Assembly (NCBI RefSeq): GCF_003334765.1
Contig: NZ_QOWT01000001.1
Direction: 5' to 3' (one strand)
Source: Escherichia coli
Lineage (GTDB): Bacteria; Pseudomonadota; Gammaproteobacteria; Enterobacterales; Enterobacteriaceae
Length of the DNA: 64,000 nucleotides
Made by a program: the position numbers and the translations under genes. Of this stretch, positions 41,410 to 54,684 are shown one piece after another. The stretch's first letter is position 1. The number at the start of each line of letters is the position of its first letter. Under the pieces are notes generated by a model. The model was not told the origin of the DNA. It saw only the letters and a list, made by a program, of their open reading frames with translations, and did no database searches.

Positions 41410-41429
41410 TACTGTATAAAATCACAGTT
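41410..41429. promoter_or_regulatory. LexA (SOS) box upstream of yebG
   Basis: TACTGTATAAAATCACAGTT = CTGT-N8-ACAG, 18 bp upstream of the yebG ATG. Confidence 0.8.
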
Positions 41430-41446
41430 ATTATGAGAGGCTGCAA

Positions 41447-41737
41447 ATGGCGGTTGAAGTTAAATACGTAGTCATTCGTGAGGGCGAAGAGAAAATGTCG
41501 TTTACCAGCAAAAAGGAAGCCGATGCTTATGACAAAATGCTTGATACGGCGGATCTGCTTGACACCTGGCTGACAAATTCTCCAGTGCAAATGGAAGACG
41601 AGCAACGTGAAGCCCTTTCGCTATGGCTGGCAGAACAAAAAGATGTGCTGAGCACCATTCTGAAAACCGGCAAATTACCGTCCCCACAGGTCGTCGGTGC
41701 TGAATCCGAAGAGGAAGATGCCTCACACGCGGCCTGA
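41447..41737 (+). CDS. yebG: DNA-damage-inducible protein YebG
   Basis: 96-aa ORF MAVEVKYVVIREGEEKMSFTSKKEADAYDK… with a LexA box in its promoter. Confidence 0.9.
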   Translation: MAVEVKYVVIREGEEKMSFTSKKEADAYDKMLDTADLLDTWLTNSPVQMEDEQREALSLWLAEQKDVLSTILKTGKLPSPQVVGAESEEEDASHAA

Positions 41738-41755
41738 AGCAACTTGCGCTCCTGA

Positions 41756-42160
<405 letters not shown>

Positions 42161-42188
42161 TGGCTTCTGATAATTCGATTGACTGTTG

Positions 42189-42272
42189 GCGGATGCGGCG
42201 CGAGTGCCTTGTCCGCCCCAGAACGCACCACAATCGTAGGCCTGAGAAGACGCAACAGCGTCGCATCGGGCA
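42189..42272. repeat. REP-like palindromic repeats between yebF and yebE
   Basis: ggcggatgcggcgcgagtgccttgtccgcc … gtaggcctgagaagacgcaacagcgtcgcatcgggca. Confidence 0.5.
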
Positions 42273-42486
42273 ATCAGCATCAAACAATGCCACTCAAAAC
42301 GACAAACTACTTTCACCTAAAATACCCTTATCACCTGATATACAGTAAATACCTTACCTGGCGCGAATTTCTTTGAATAACGGCCTACCGCCCCGCTTAT
42401 TTGCGCATCTTTTGTCTCGATATACATTTTCTGACATCCTCATCCGCTATGCTACAGGCACTAAAAATGGTTATTGAGGAGCAAAT

Positions 42487-43146
42487 ATGGCTAACTGGTT
42501 AAATCAACTGCAATCCCTGCTTGGGCAAAGCAGTTCTTCTACCTCCTCGTCTGCGGATCAGGGATTGGTCAAACTGTTAGTGCCAGGCGCATTAGGCGGA
42601 CTGGCTGGGCTGCTGGTCGCAAATAAATCAGCACGTAAACTTCTTACGAAATATGGCACCAACGCGTTACTGGTTGGCGGCGGAGCGGTAGCGGGTACGG
42701 TGCTGTGGAATAAATACAAAGATAAAATTCGCGCGGCGCATCAGGACGAACCGCAGTTTGGCGCGCAAAGTACGCCGCTGGATGAGCGTACAGCACGTTT
42801 GATCCTTGCGCTGGTCTTTGCCGCTAAAAGTGATGGTCATATTGATGCCAAAGAACGTGCGGCAATCGACCAGCAATTGCGTGGAGCCGGCGTGGAAGAG
42901 CAGGGGCGTGTACTCATTGAGCAGGCAATCGAACAACCGCTGGATCCACAACGCCTGGCTACCGGGGTCCGCAATGAAGAAGAGGCGCTGGAAATCTATT
43001 TCCTGAGTTGCGCGGCTATTGATATTGACCATTTTATGGAACGCAGTTACCTGAATGCACTGGGTGACGCGCTGAAAATCCCCCAGGATGTTCGTGACGG
43101 CATTGAACGCGATCTCGAACAGCAAAAACGCACTTTGGCGGAATAA
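42487..43146 (+). CDS. yebE: DUF533-family inner membrane protein YebE
   Basis: 219-aa [29 protein letters not shown]… with a TM segment and a TerB-like C-terminal domain. Confidence 0.9.
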
Positions 43147-43327
43147 TTCCGCTCTCTGGATAGCCTGAAGTTGACTATTTCGGGCTATCCAGAATCGCAC
43201 AGCCATTTGAACAGGCTGATTTTCTCTGTCTGCATAACATTCGATATCCGCGCCATTACCTGTCATCATCTAAGCAATGACTCCCCTGTTTCGCTTGCAT
43301 CCCCGGTGAGTTTTGCCACCCTTATAA

Positions 43328-46074
<2,747 letters not shown>

Positions 46075-46097
46075 GGCATGCTCCAGGCCGAAAAAGC

Positions 46098-46754
46098 CTA
46101 GCGTAATGGAATGATATCGCCTTGCCAACCCTGTGATGAACGCTGACCGACTAACAATAATGAACCACGATCGGCGCGAACGATGAGACGACCATATTCA
46201 TCCCATAGTGCACTGTTACCACGGGCATTTGCCATCAGCACGGCAATCGAGTACTGATGTGAAAAAAATTGTAAGCGACGGGCCGACGCCAGCAGGTCGG
46301 GTTCTCCCAGACATTGCCCTGTAGTAAACAGTGAACAGGTCGGGTCCATATCCATACCTTGCGGTTGTTCATCGACCACCGTGATGGTTCTGGAACGACG
46401 GCCCAGACATGCACCATGACTCTGATGGTAGATCCCAGGCGTTTTTCGCCACGGTGCGAACACCGCAATTCCACGAATAAAGCGATCGTTATATTCAACG
46501 GGAAGGCCGGCAATGATGGTCATTCGCCAGGTCGTTGCGGCATAACAAAGCGGGTCTAACAGTGAGAGATCGGGTGGGGCAGGAAGGGCACGTCGCGAAT
46601 AATCACACCCCAGTAAAGAAAGCGATGGAAAAACTAACAGCTGACATTGTTGCCTGGCGGCGGCCCTCACAAACTCCAGATGATGAGCTACCTGTTCGGT
46701 GAGTGAGGTTTTACGAGGCTCATATTGCGCTGCTGCAACTTTCCAGAACGACAT
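46098..46754 (-). CDS. yobB: Carbon-nitrogen hydrolase family protein YobB
   Basis: 218-aa ORF MSFWKVAAAQYEPRKTSLTEQVAHHLEF…. Confidence 0.85.
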   Translation of the reverse strand: MSFWKVAAAQYEPRKTSLTEQVAHHLEFVRAAARQQCQLLVFPSLSLLGCDYSRRALPAPPDLSLLDPLCYAATTWRMTIIAGLPVEYNDRFIRGIAVFAPWRKTPGIYHQSHGACLGRRSRTITVVDEQPQGMDMDPTCSLFTTGQCLGEPDLLASARRLQFFSHQYSIAVLMANARGNSALWDEYGRLIVRADRGSLLLVGQRSSQGWQGDIIPLR

Positions 46755-46855
46755 AATGACTTCCTTTTCAAAATGACTGCAAATTATGAGTGCGGTTTAG
46801 AAAATACTCATAATTTAGCAGGCGTTATGTAAGAAAGTGTAACTCTGTATAAGTT

Positions 46856-47086
46856 TTATTTAAGTTTGGGCTCGTAAGGTAAACGTGACAGATTGACCGA
46901 AGCCAAACGGTGGGCAATAAGCCGCTCGCGAAACCAGCTGCGCAAATGTTCAGGCTGTTCACGTTCAACCGCTTCAGCGATCACCGGCATATTGTAGCGT
47001 TCTTTAAATGCCACCCCGGCCGCCGCCAAATCGACATTCACTTTATCCATTTCTGTTTGATCCAGTTTAGCCAGATTCTTCAGCAT
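46856..47086 (-). CDS. holE: DNA polymerase III theta subunit
   Basis: 76-aa ORF from the ATG at 47084-47086 ([35 protein letters not shown]…); the track's 105-aa version is an upstream extension. Confidence 0.9.
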
Positions 47087-47224
47087 TCTTAATCTCCTCA
47101 TCATTCGCGGGCAAAAGTTACTAAGAGTGAGCCAGGATGGCAAGCCGGAATTGATGATCCTCGACTCAGACATTAGACAAGGTTATGCTCTGTAAAAAAG
47201 TTATTACAAAAAGGAATAGATAAT

Positions 47225-47599
47225 ATGGCTTCAACTGCACGCTCCCTTCGCTACGCGCTGGCAATCCTGACCACTTCGTTGGTGACACCTTCCGTCTGGG
47301 CACATGCGCATTTAACGCATCAGTATCCTGCGGCAAACGCGCAAGTGACAGCTGCACCGCAGGCAATCACTTTAAACTTCTCGGAAGGTGTTGAAACAGG
47401 ATTCAGTGGTGCAAAAATCACGGGGCCAAAAAACGAAAATATTAAAACATTACCGGCGAAGCGAAATGAGCAGGACCAAAAGCAACTGATTGTTCCACTG
47501 GCCGATTCGCTGAAACCCGGAACCTACACCGTTGACTGGCATGTTGTTTCGGTGGACGGGCATAAAACGAAAGGACACTACACCTTTAGCGTGAAATAA
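47225..47599 (+). CDS. yobA: CopC-family periplasmic copper-binding protein YobA
   Basis: 124-aa ORF with signal peptide; mature protein begins HAHL… as in CopC copper sites. Confidence 0.9.
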   Translation: MASTARSLRYALAILTTSLVTPSVWAHAHLTHQYPAANAQVTAAPQAITLNFSEGVETGFSGAKITGPKNENIKTLPAKRNEQDQKQLIVPLADSLKPGTYTVDWHVVSVDGHKTKGHYTFSVK

Positions 47600-47602
47600 A
47601 TC

Positions 47603-48475
47603 ATGCTGGCGTTTACCTGGATCGCGCTGCGATTTATCCATTTCACCTCGCTGATGCTGGTTTTTGGCTTCGCAATGTACGGTGCCTGGCTGGCCCCCTT
47701 GACGATTCGTCGCTTGCTGGCGAAGCGTTTTCTGCGTTTACAACAGCACGCTGCCGTCTGGAGTTTGATCAGTGCCACTGCAATGCTCGCCGTTCAGGGC
47801 GGGTTGATGGGAACGGGATGGACAGATGTATTTTCGCCAAACATTTGGCAGGCTGTTTTGCAAACGCAGTTTGGTGGCATCTGGTTATGGCAAATTGTTC
47901 TCGCCCTCGTAACGTTGATCGTCGCCCTTATGCAACCGCGGAATATGCCACGTTTGCTGTTTATGCTCACTACCGCGCAATTTATTCTGCTGGCGGGAGT
48001 GGGGCATGCGACGCTGAATGAAGGGGTAACAGCGAAAATCCATCAGACTAATCACGCGATTCACCTGATTTGTGCGGCGGCGTGGTTTGGGGGATTACTG
48101 CCGGTGCTCTGGTGTATGCAACTCATCAAAGGCCGTTGGCGACACCAGGCTATTCAGGCGCTGATGCGTTTTTCCTGGTGCGGGCATTTTGCGGTGATCG
48201 GCGTACTGGCAAGCGGCGTGCTTAATGCATTGTTGATTACCGGATTTCCCCCCACGCTTACGACTTACTGGGGCCAACTCTTATTGCTCAAAGCCATCCT
48301 GGTGATGATTATGGTGGTCATTGCGCTGGCTAATCGTTATGTTCTTGTACCGCGCATGAGGCAGGATGAAGATCGTGCGGCACCCTGGTTTGTGTGGATG
48401 ACTAAACTCGAATGGGCGATAGGTGCGGTAGTGCTGGTGATCATCAGCCTGCTTGCGACTCTCGAACCTTTTTGA
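47603..48475 (+). CDS. yebZ: CopD-family inner membrane protein YebZ
   Basis: 290-aa polytopic membrane ORF immediately downstream of yobA. Confidence 0.9.
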   Translation: MLAFTWIALRFIHFTSLMLVFGFAMYGAWLAPLTIRRLLAKRFLRLQQHAAVWSLISATAMLAVQGGLMGTGWTDVFSPNIWQAVLQTQFGGIWLWQIVLALVTLIVALMQPRNMPRLLFMLTTAQFILLAGVGHATLNEGVTAKIHQTNHAIHLICAAAWFGGLLPVLWCMQLIKGRWRHQAIQALMRFSWCGHFAVIGVLASGVLNALLITGFPPTLTTYWGQLLLLKAILVMIMVVIALANRYVLVPRMRQDEDRAAPWFVWMTKLEWAIGAVVLVIISLLATLEPF

Positions 48476-48487
48476 TGGATTACGAAA

Positions 48488-48829
48488 ATGATGAAAAAAA
48501 GTATTCTGGCGTTTCTGTTACTCACCAGTTCTGCAGCGGCGCTGGCTGCACCGCAGGTGATTACCGTCAGTCGTTTTGAAGTGGGTAAAGACAAATGGGC
48601 GTTTAATCGCGAAGAGGTGATGCTGACTTGCCGACCGGGTAATGCTTTGTATGTTATTAATCCGAGTACCCTCGTGCAGTATCCTTTAAACGATATCGCA
48701 CAAAAGGAAGTTGCCAGTGGGAAGACCAATGCCCAACCCATTTCGGTGATTCAGATTGATGATCCTAACAATCCCGGCGAAAAAATGAGTCTGGCACCGT
48801 TTATAGAACGAGCTGAAAAACTCTGTTAA
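48488..48829 (+). CDS. yebY: DUF2511 periplasmic protein YebY
   Basis: 113-aa ORF with signal peptide [20 protein letters not shown]; third gene of the yobA-yebZ-yebY cluster. Confidence 0.85.
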   Translation: MMKKSILAFLLLTSSAAALAAPQVITVSRFEVGKDKWAFNREEVMLTCRPGNALYVINPSTLVQYPLNDIAQKEVASGKTNAQPISVIQIDDPNNPGEKMSLAPFIERAEKLC

Positions 48830-48867
48830 TTACCTAAAATAGCCTTTTGATTTCCAATAAAAAAACC

Positions 48868-48901
48868 GCCTCAGTTCTTTCACCAGAACGGGCGGTTTTT
48901 A
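48868..48901. terminator. Bidirectional hairpin terminator (yebY on +, probable RyeA 3' end on -)
   Basis: aaaaaaaccgcc-tcagttctttcaccagaac-gggcggttttt. Confidence 0.7.
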
Positions 48902-48974
48902 ACATTTCAGCTGATGACCACCACGCTTTTTATTGACCATTTTGCACGCAAACTGGAAAACCTGGCGTCGTCAT

Positions 48975-48983
48975 CTATTCTTA
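48975..48983 (+). promoter_or_regulatory. Candidate sigma-S-type extended -10 element for sdsR
   Basis: tCTATTCTTaa resembles the sigma-S -10 consensus (kCTAyrcTTaa) about 7 nt upstream of the SdsR 5' end. Confidence 0.5.
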
Positions 48984-48987
48984 AAGG

Positions 48988-49090
48988 GCAAGGCAACTAA
49001 GCCTGCATTAATGCCAACTTTTAGCGCACGGCTCTCTCCCAAGAGCCATTTCCCTGGACCGAATACAGGAATCGTGTTCGGTCTCTTTTT
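48988..49090 (+). ncRNA. sdsR: SdsR (RyeB) sigma-S-dependent sRNA
   Basis: Sequence gcaaggcaactaagcctgcattaatgccaacttttagcgcacggctctctcccaagagccatttccctggaccgaatacaggaatcgtgttcggtctcttttt matches my recollection of SdsR; ends in the hairpin gaccgaatacaggaatcgtgttcggtc plus T-run. Confidence 0.8.
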
Positions 49091-49224
49091 ATCTGTTAAA
49101 AGCCAGAAGCATTTCCTTCGCTGACTTTATAGTCAACCATAACACACACTCTACTGTCTGAGTCCAGCGTTTTTTAACATTCTTGTTAAGATTATGTGAT
49201 CTTTAGCGCGGGAGGAAAATATTG

Positions 49225-49881
49225 ATGAAACAGCCTGCGCCCGTTTATCAGAGAATTGCGGGTCATCAATGGCGACATATCTGGCTTTCTGGCGATATAC
49301 ACGGTTGTCTTGAGCAGTTGCGCCGCAAATTATGGCATTGTCGTTTTGATCCGTGGCGAGATTTACTTATCTCAGTGGGAGACGTTATCGATCGTGGGCC
49401 GCAAAGTTTACGTTGTCTGCAGTTACTGGAACAACATTGGGTTTGTGCGGTAAGAGGCAATCATGAACAGATGGCGATGGATGCGCTGGCATCCCAGCAG
49501 ATGTCTTTGTGGTTGATGAATGGCGGCGACTGGTTTATTGCGCTGGCAGATAATCAACAGAAACAAGCGAAAACGGCGCTGGAAAAATGTCAGCATTTGC
49601 CCTTTATTCTTGAAGTACACAGTCGCACCGGCAAGCATGTTATTGCTCATGCCGATTATCCAGATGATGTTTATGAATGGCAAAAGGACGTTGATTTGCA
49701 TCAGGTCTTGTGGAGCCGCTCGCGATTAGGTGAACGCCAAAAAGGGCAGGGAATTACAGGTGCTGATCATTTCTGGTTTGGTCATACACCGTTGCGACAT
49801 CGCGTGGATATTGGCAACCTGCATTATATTGATACCGGTGCTGTCTTTGGGGGCGAACTGACTCTTGTGCAATTGCAATAA
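49225..49881 (+). CDS. pphA: Serine/threonine protein phosphatase 1 (lambda-phosphatase-like metallophosphatase)
   Basis: 218-aa ORF from ATG 49225 with SD GGAGG at 49211-49215; metallophosphatase motifs GDIHG, GDVIDRG, GNHE. Confidence 0.9.
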   Translation: MKQPAPVYQRIAGHQWRHIWLSGDIHGCLEQLRRKLWHCRFDPWRDLLISVGDVIDRGPQSLRCLQLLEQHWVCAVRGNHEQMAMDALASQQMSLWLMNGGDWFIALADNQQKQAKTALEKCQHLPFILEVHSRTGKHVIAHADYPDDVYEWQKDVDLHQVLWSRSRLGERQKGQGITGADHFWFGHTPLRHRVDIGNLHYIDTGAVFGGELTLVQLQ

Positions 49882-50073
49882 TTAAAAATCACCGTACTCC
49901 TGTGCAGGTCGCCAGAAACCATCTATAAAATCCTCAATCGGAAAACAACCGCCCTGGCGGATCCGTTGATCGCTCATAGAATAAAGACACTGCTGTTCCG
50001 TGTTGTAGACATCCACAACAATATCTTCACAACCGCCATCCAGGTAGCAAACAAAAAGTACCAGCGCGAACAT
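49882..50073 (-). CDS. yebW: Small hypothetical protein YebW (63 aa)
   Basis: 63-codon ORF from the ATG at 50071-50073 (MFALVLFVCYLDGGCEDIVVDVY…); no recognisable domain; stop codon abuts the pphA stop. Confidence 0.55.
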   Translation of the reverse strand: MFALVLFVCYLDGGCEDIVVDVYNTEQQCLYSMSDQRIRQGGCFPIEDFIDGFWRPAQEYGDF

Positions 50074-50177
50074 TTCATCCCCGAAGTGTGGTGCCGTACC
50101 GTTAAGTTTAGGAGAGATTTTACAACGGGGGAATAACCAGGACAAATAACCCGCCATGCCGACGGGTTCTTTTTGGA

Positions 50178-50414
50178 TCAGGCAAGACGCATAATCCAGG
50201 CATCAGATTGTTGATCGTAACGGGTACGGTAAAGGACAGAGTGTTCGCCATTTAGCAGGGCAGGGATACTGGTTTCAGCATCCCAGGCATCCAGTTGCAT
50301 ACATAAATCGGGGTCAGATTTACAAGGAATGGTTAACGTTCGATCACCTGGCGATTCACCGTGTAATTCGCCGTCGTCGATTTCAAAAGCGCCTATGCGC
50401 ACACTGGTTTTCAT
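50178..50414 (-). CDS. yebV: Small hypothetical protein YebV (78 aa)
   Basis: 78-codon ORF from the ATG at 50412-50414 (MKTSVRIGAFEIDDGELHGESPGDRTL…). Confidence 0.7.
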   Translation of the reverse strand: MKTSVRIGAFEIDDGELHGESPGDRTLTIPCKSDPDLCMQLDAWDAETSIPALLNGEHSVLYRTRYDQQSDAWIMRLA

Positions 50415-50531
50415 CTTCGTGCTCTCCATTTAGCTGCCGATTGTGGTACGACCAGTCCGATCGCACCATTTTTCAGCCTAGTTGAGGCAGCCGAATGTGC
50501 CAGTCAAAAAGTGCGCTTTTTTTGTGCGCTG

Positions 50532-51971
50532 TCAGGCGTTACCGGTAAAAAGTTTCCCATCGCGCACCAGTTCACGCGGATAGCTGTTTTTCAATCGCGA
50601 ACCAATCCGTTTGGCTAAACCAATCGGTTGATGCTGGAAAGTAACCAATACATCATCCGCCACTGGCGCGGCTTGCGGGTAAACATCGCGCCCGCGATAC
50701 CACTCCTCCGCTTCCTGCGGTGTCAGCTCGAATGCATTCATATTATCGGGTGAGGCAAGAGCAATAACCGCTTCATGCTGCCAGCGATAACCTTTGTTGT
50801 GCGTCTCGGCAAGTTTAATCCCCAACCGAGAAAATCGGACTTTACCGATCAGGGCTTCAATGCCCACCGGGAACAACCACAGTTCTTTGTCACGCTGCCA
50901 GAGGCGCAGGTTTTCATCCCAGTTTAAGCCAACACCTGTAGCCGCCTGACGAATTTGTCCAGCTTCGCGATCTTTCACCGGGCTGAACGGAAAATTACCG
51001 ACTTTGTATTTGGGGGCGGGTAAGGCGGGAATCGCCTGAGTTTTACGCAGACGAGCAACGAAGAAGCCTTCGCAGTCGTAAATTTGTGGGAAAACATGCA
51101 AAAAGCCTTCTTCGGTCAGCGCTTTGTTTGCACCAGGGAAGAGATCGCCAAGTGGTAAAAACTCTACTGCGTCGGGGTAAGTCTCTTTCAGCCACAGGCA
51201 AACGGCTTCGTTTTCTTCCTGGTTTAAGGTACAGGTCGAGTAAACCAGCGTACCACCAGGACGTAATGCATGAAAGGCGCTGTCGATAAGCTCCCGTTGT
51301 GTAGCTGCGATTTCCTGATTGCTTTCTGGTGACCAGTTTTTTAGCGCATCGGGATCTTTACGCACCACGCCTTCGCCAGAGCAGGGAGCGTCCAGCAAAA
51401 TGGCATCGAACATTTCTGGCACTGCCGCACCAAACACGCGGCCATCAAAATGTGTGAGCGCAACATTACTGATACCACAGCGGCTGATATTGGCATGTAA
51501 CACTTTTACCCGACTGGCGGAAAACTCATTGGCAAGGATTGCCCCTTCGTTATTCATCCGCGCGGAAATTTGCGTCGTTTTGGAGCCAGGCGCGGCAGCG
51601 ACATCCATCACCCGCTGTGGTGCATTACCGTCAGCAAACAAGGCGGCAACAGGCAACATTGAACTGGCTTCCTGAATATAAAACAGGCCACTTAAATGCT
51701 CGGCGGTACTACCCAATGGCAATGCATCTTCATTGTCGCGTTCAATCCAGAAACCTTCTTCACACCACGGAATTGGCGTAAGCGTCCAGCCATAAGGAGC
51801 GGTTAATTGCAGGAAATCAGCAACGGAGATTTTCAGCGTATTAACGCGAATGCTGCGGCGCAACGGGCGCTGACAGGCGGCAAGAAAATCATCAAATGAG
51901 AGCGTCGAAGGCATCGCTTCGCGCATTTGTGTCAGAAAGGCGTCCGGGAAATAAACGGTGTGTTGGGCCAC
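50532..51971 (-). CDS. rsmF: 16S rRNA (cytosine1407-C5)-methyltransferase RsmF (YebU)
   Basis: 479 codons from the GTG at 51969-51971; NOL1/NOP2/Sun-type SAM-MTase motifs (…[13 protein letters not shown]…, …[17 protein letters not shown]…). Confidence 0.93.
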
Positions 51972-52050
51972 GAGCATGTACCACTGGCAAAAAAACAGGC
52001 GCGCAGTTTAGCATAAACGCTCCGGCGCAGGCACGCCGGAGCAGTGGGCA

Positions 52051-54684
52051 TTATTTGGGAAGCGCAGTTCCCCATTCACGCCACTCTTTCGGTTCACTTT
52101 CCTGCAACAGGAAGTGTTTGCCTTCCTGGGCTTTCGGTGCCAGTGGCGTACCCGGAGGCGTGGCGAAGGCGATGCCGCCACGGATAAACTGGTTAAAGGT
52201 GCCGGTTTTCACTACGCCGCCCGTCAGACCAAAGTCCAGACTGTAACCCGATGCCAACCAGAAGACGGAATTGTTACGCACCAGGTGTTGATAGCGTTTA
52301 CTGATGCGCATCGCAATCATCACGCGATCTGACAATGTCCCCAGCGTCATTCCTGTAACCGTACCGACTTCCAGACCACGGAACAGCACAGGCGTACCGA
52401 TGCCTAACGAACCGGCTTCCGGCGCTTCAACAATAATGCTTAAGCCATCCAGGTAACGCGAATCAGTAATGGTGGCCTCTTGTAATTCAAAGTCGCGGCG
52501 AGGATTGCCCCGGCCTGGTTCGACGTTGATATACGGCTGGAGGATAGTATCAAGATGCTCAACGCCAGCTGCCGAAATTTGCGGTGTGACCACTGAGAAG
52601 CGCGTACCACCGCGAGCAAAGGTCTGGACATATTCCGGGTAAAGTACCGCCTTTGCCTGTACTTCATTGCGTGCGGTAATCAGATCCAGCGTCTGGATTT
52701 GCCCGATATCAATACCGAGATAGCGAATTGGCATCCCGACCGCCAGTTTTCCGGCATCGAAAGCGTGAAGCGTAATCTGCCCGCCAACCGCACGGGCCGC
52801 TGTTTCGGAAGCATACAGAATACGCTTATCGCCTTTACGCTGACTGGCGCTGGCACCGCTGAGGTTGTCGAAGCTAATGGCTCCCTTTAATGCTCTGGAG
52901 AGCGGGGATGCCTGTACGGTCAGACCACTACCATTCAGCTGAACTTTCGCCCCGCCTTCTGCCCAGAACACGCTATTGCTGGTCAGAAGGTTGCGATACT
53001 CCGGCTTAATATGCAGATCGATATCAAACGCGTTAGCTCGCGGACGCACGGTAATCACTTCACCAACTTCAAATTTACGGTACAGCACTACCGATCCTGC
53101 CTGCACATCCGGCAGCGTCTCTGCACTCAAACTCACGGTTGTGGTGGGTAAATCGCTAAGGCTGTTCTCCAGCGCTTTTTCCAAATTGGCATACAGTGGA
53201 TAGCTGGCTTTCATCTCACCTTTATCGCCCGGCAGAATACGTATCCCGCCATTGATCCATTCTGAGGCGCTGGCACCGAGAAACTCAACGCCATCCAGCC
53301 CCACCTTCACATCGACACGGCTGTTGACGACAAATTTGCTATCGCCTTTTACCAGTTCGCGATGCTGAGGCTCGATGGCGACGGTAAAGGTGACGCCTTT
53401 GCTGGTGAGTTTACGATCGATAACCTGGCCTACCTGCACGCCGTGAAGAATGAGCGGCTGACCCGCATCAATACCGTAACTTTCCGGCGCGGTCAGGGTC
53501 AGCGTCAGAACATCAGGTTCATGCAGCAGTGCTTTTTCGCCTGGCACAACAACGAACTCTTTGCGTGGCTCGCCATCGCCGGGCACCAGCTCGAAGGTTT
53601 TGCCGGTCAGCAGGGCGCTGAGATTAGCATCGCTAAGGGATAATTTCGGGTTGCGTAATTCGATGCGGGTATTTTCACGAAGCAGGGTAACGACGCTGGG
53701 ATCAACGGTCATTTCCCCTGTGACTTTACCACCAGGATTTAAATCCAGTTTAGTCAGCTGTCCGACTTCCAGCCCCTGATACATTAACGGCGTCGAGTCG
53801 GCGGTTAATCCGGCCCCACTCGGCAGTTCCAGTTTTATTATTACGCCACGCTGGCTGTGGGCCAGATCTTCATACAGACCAAAGGTATCTTCCGCCTCGG
53901 CAGGTTTCGACTCTTCTGGTGAATCGAAGGCAATCGCACCGTTAACCAGTGCCGCCAGGCTTTCCAGTTTCACCTTCGCGCCACTGATACTGACGTTGGC
54001 ATCAACGCCGGAAACGTTCCAGAAACGGCTACCTTTTTTCACCAGATCGGTAAAACGCCGCTCGATCAGGACATCAATCACCACGCCTTGCTTGTTGGGA
54101 TTGATGGCATAGTCGTAGACTTTTCCCACCGGGATCTTGCGGAAATAGACCAATGAACCGCTGTTCAGCGAACCGAGATCGGGGGCTTGCAGGTGGATCA
54201 TCAGATCGCCATTGTCCAGCCGATATTTCGGTTGGGTATCGAGTGCGACAAAGTGATCCTGCTCTTTACCTTTACCCGGCATCATGCCGATATAGTTCCC
54301 ACCGACGAGGGCGTCCAGCCCGGAGACACCTGCCAACGATGCTTTTGGCGTCACCAGCCAGAACTGAGTCTCTTCGCGCAGCGCATCTTTCATATCGGAC
54401 TTGATGCTGACCTTGACTTCAATCTTACGAAGATCGTCGCTGAGGCTGATATCCTGCACTGTTCCGACTTCAACGCCCTGATAACGAACAGGCGTACGGC
54501 CTGGAACAATACCATCCGCCGACATAAAGTCGATGGTGACGGTATTACCCCGGTCCTGATAACTGTCCCAAATCAGCCAACTGGCAATCATTAGCGCGAT
54601 GAACGGCAGCAGCCAGAAAGGTGAGATACGGCGTTTATTTTTAATCTGCGCTTCAGTCGTCGAAGCGGGCGTTTCCTGACTCAT
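52051..54684 (-). CDS. letB: Lipophilic envelope-spanning tunnel protein LetB (YebT), seven tandem MCE domains
   Basis: 877-aa ORF from the ATG at 54682-54684 ([39 protein letters not shown]… TM anchor) followed by repeated MCE-like modules. Confidence 0.93.

Larger units (their letters stand above)
48865..49135 (-). ncRNA. ryeA: RyeA (SraC) sRNA, antisense partner overlapping SdsR; ends approximate
   Basis: Established knowledge of the RyeA/SdsR sense-antisense pair between yebY and pphA; the minus-strand terminator at 48868-48901 supports the 3' end; the 5' end is not determinable from sequence. Confidence 0.45.

Noticed and set aside
42667..43269. 200-aa minus-strand ORF opposite yebE
   Set aside because: Antisense to yebE; no domain signal; overlaps the yebE terminator region.
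49256..49701. Several 60-90-aa ORFs in alternative frames and strands inside pphA
   Set aside because: Nested inside a gene with clear metallophosphatase motifs in its own frame; no independent translation signals.
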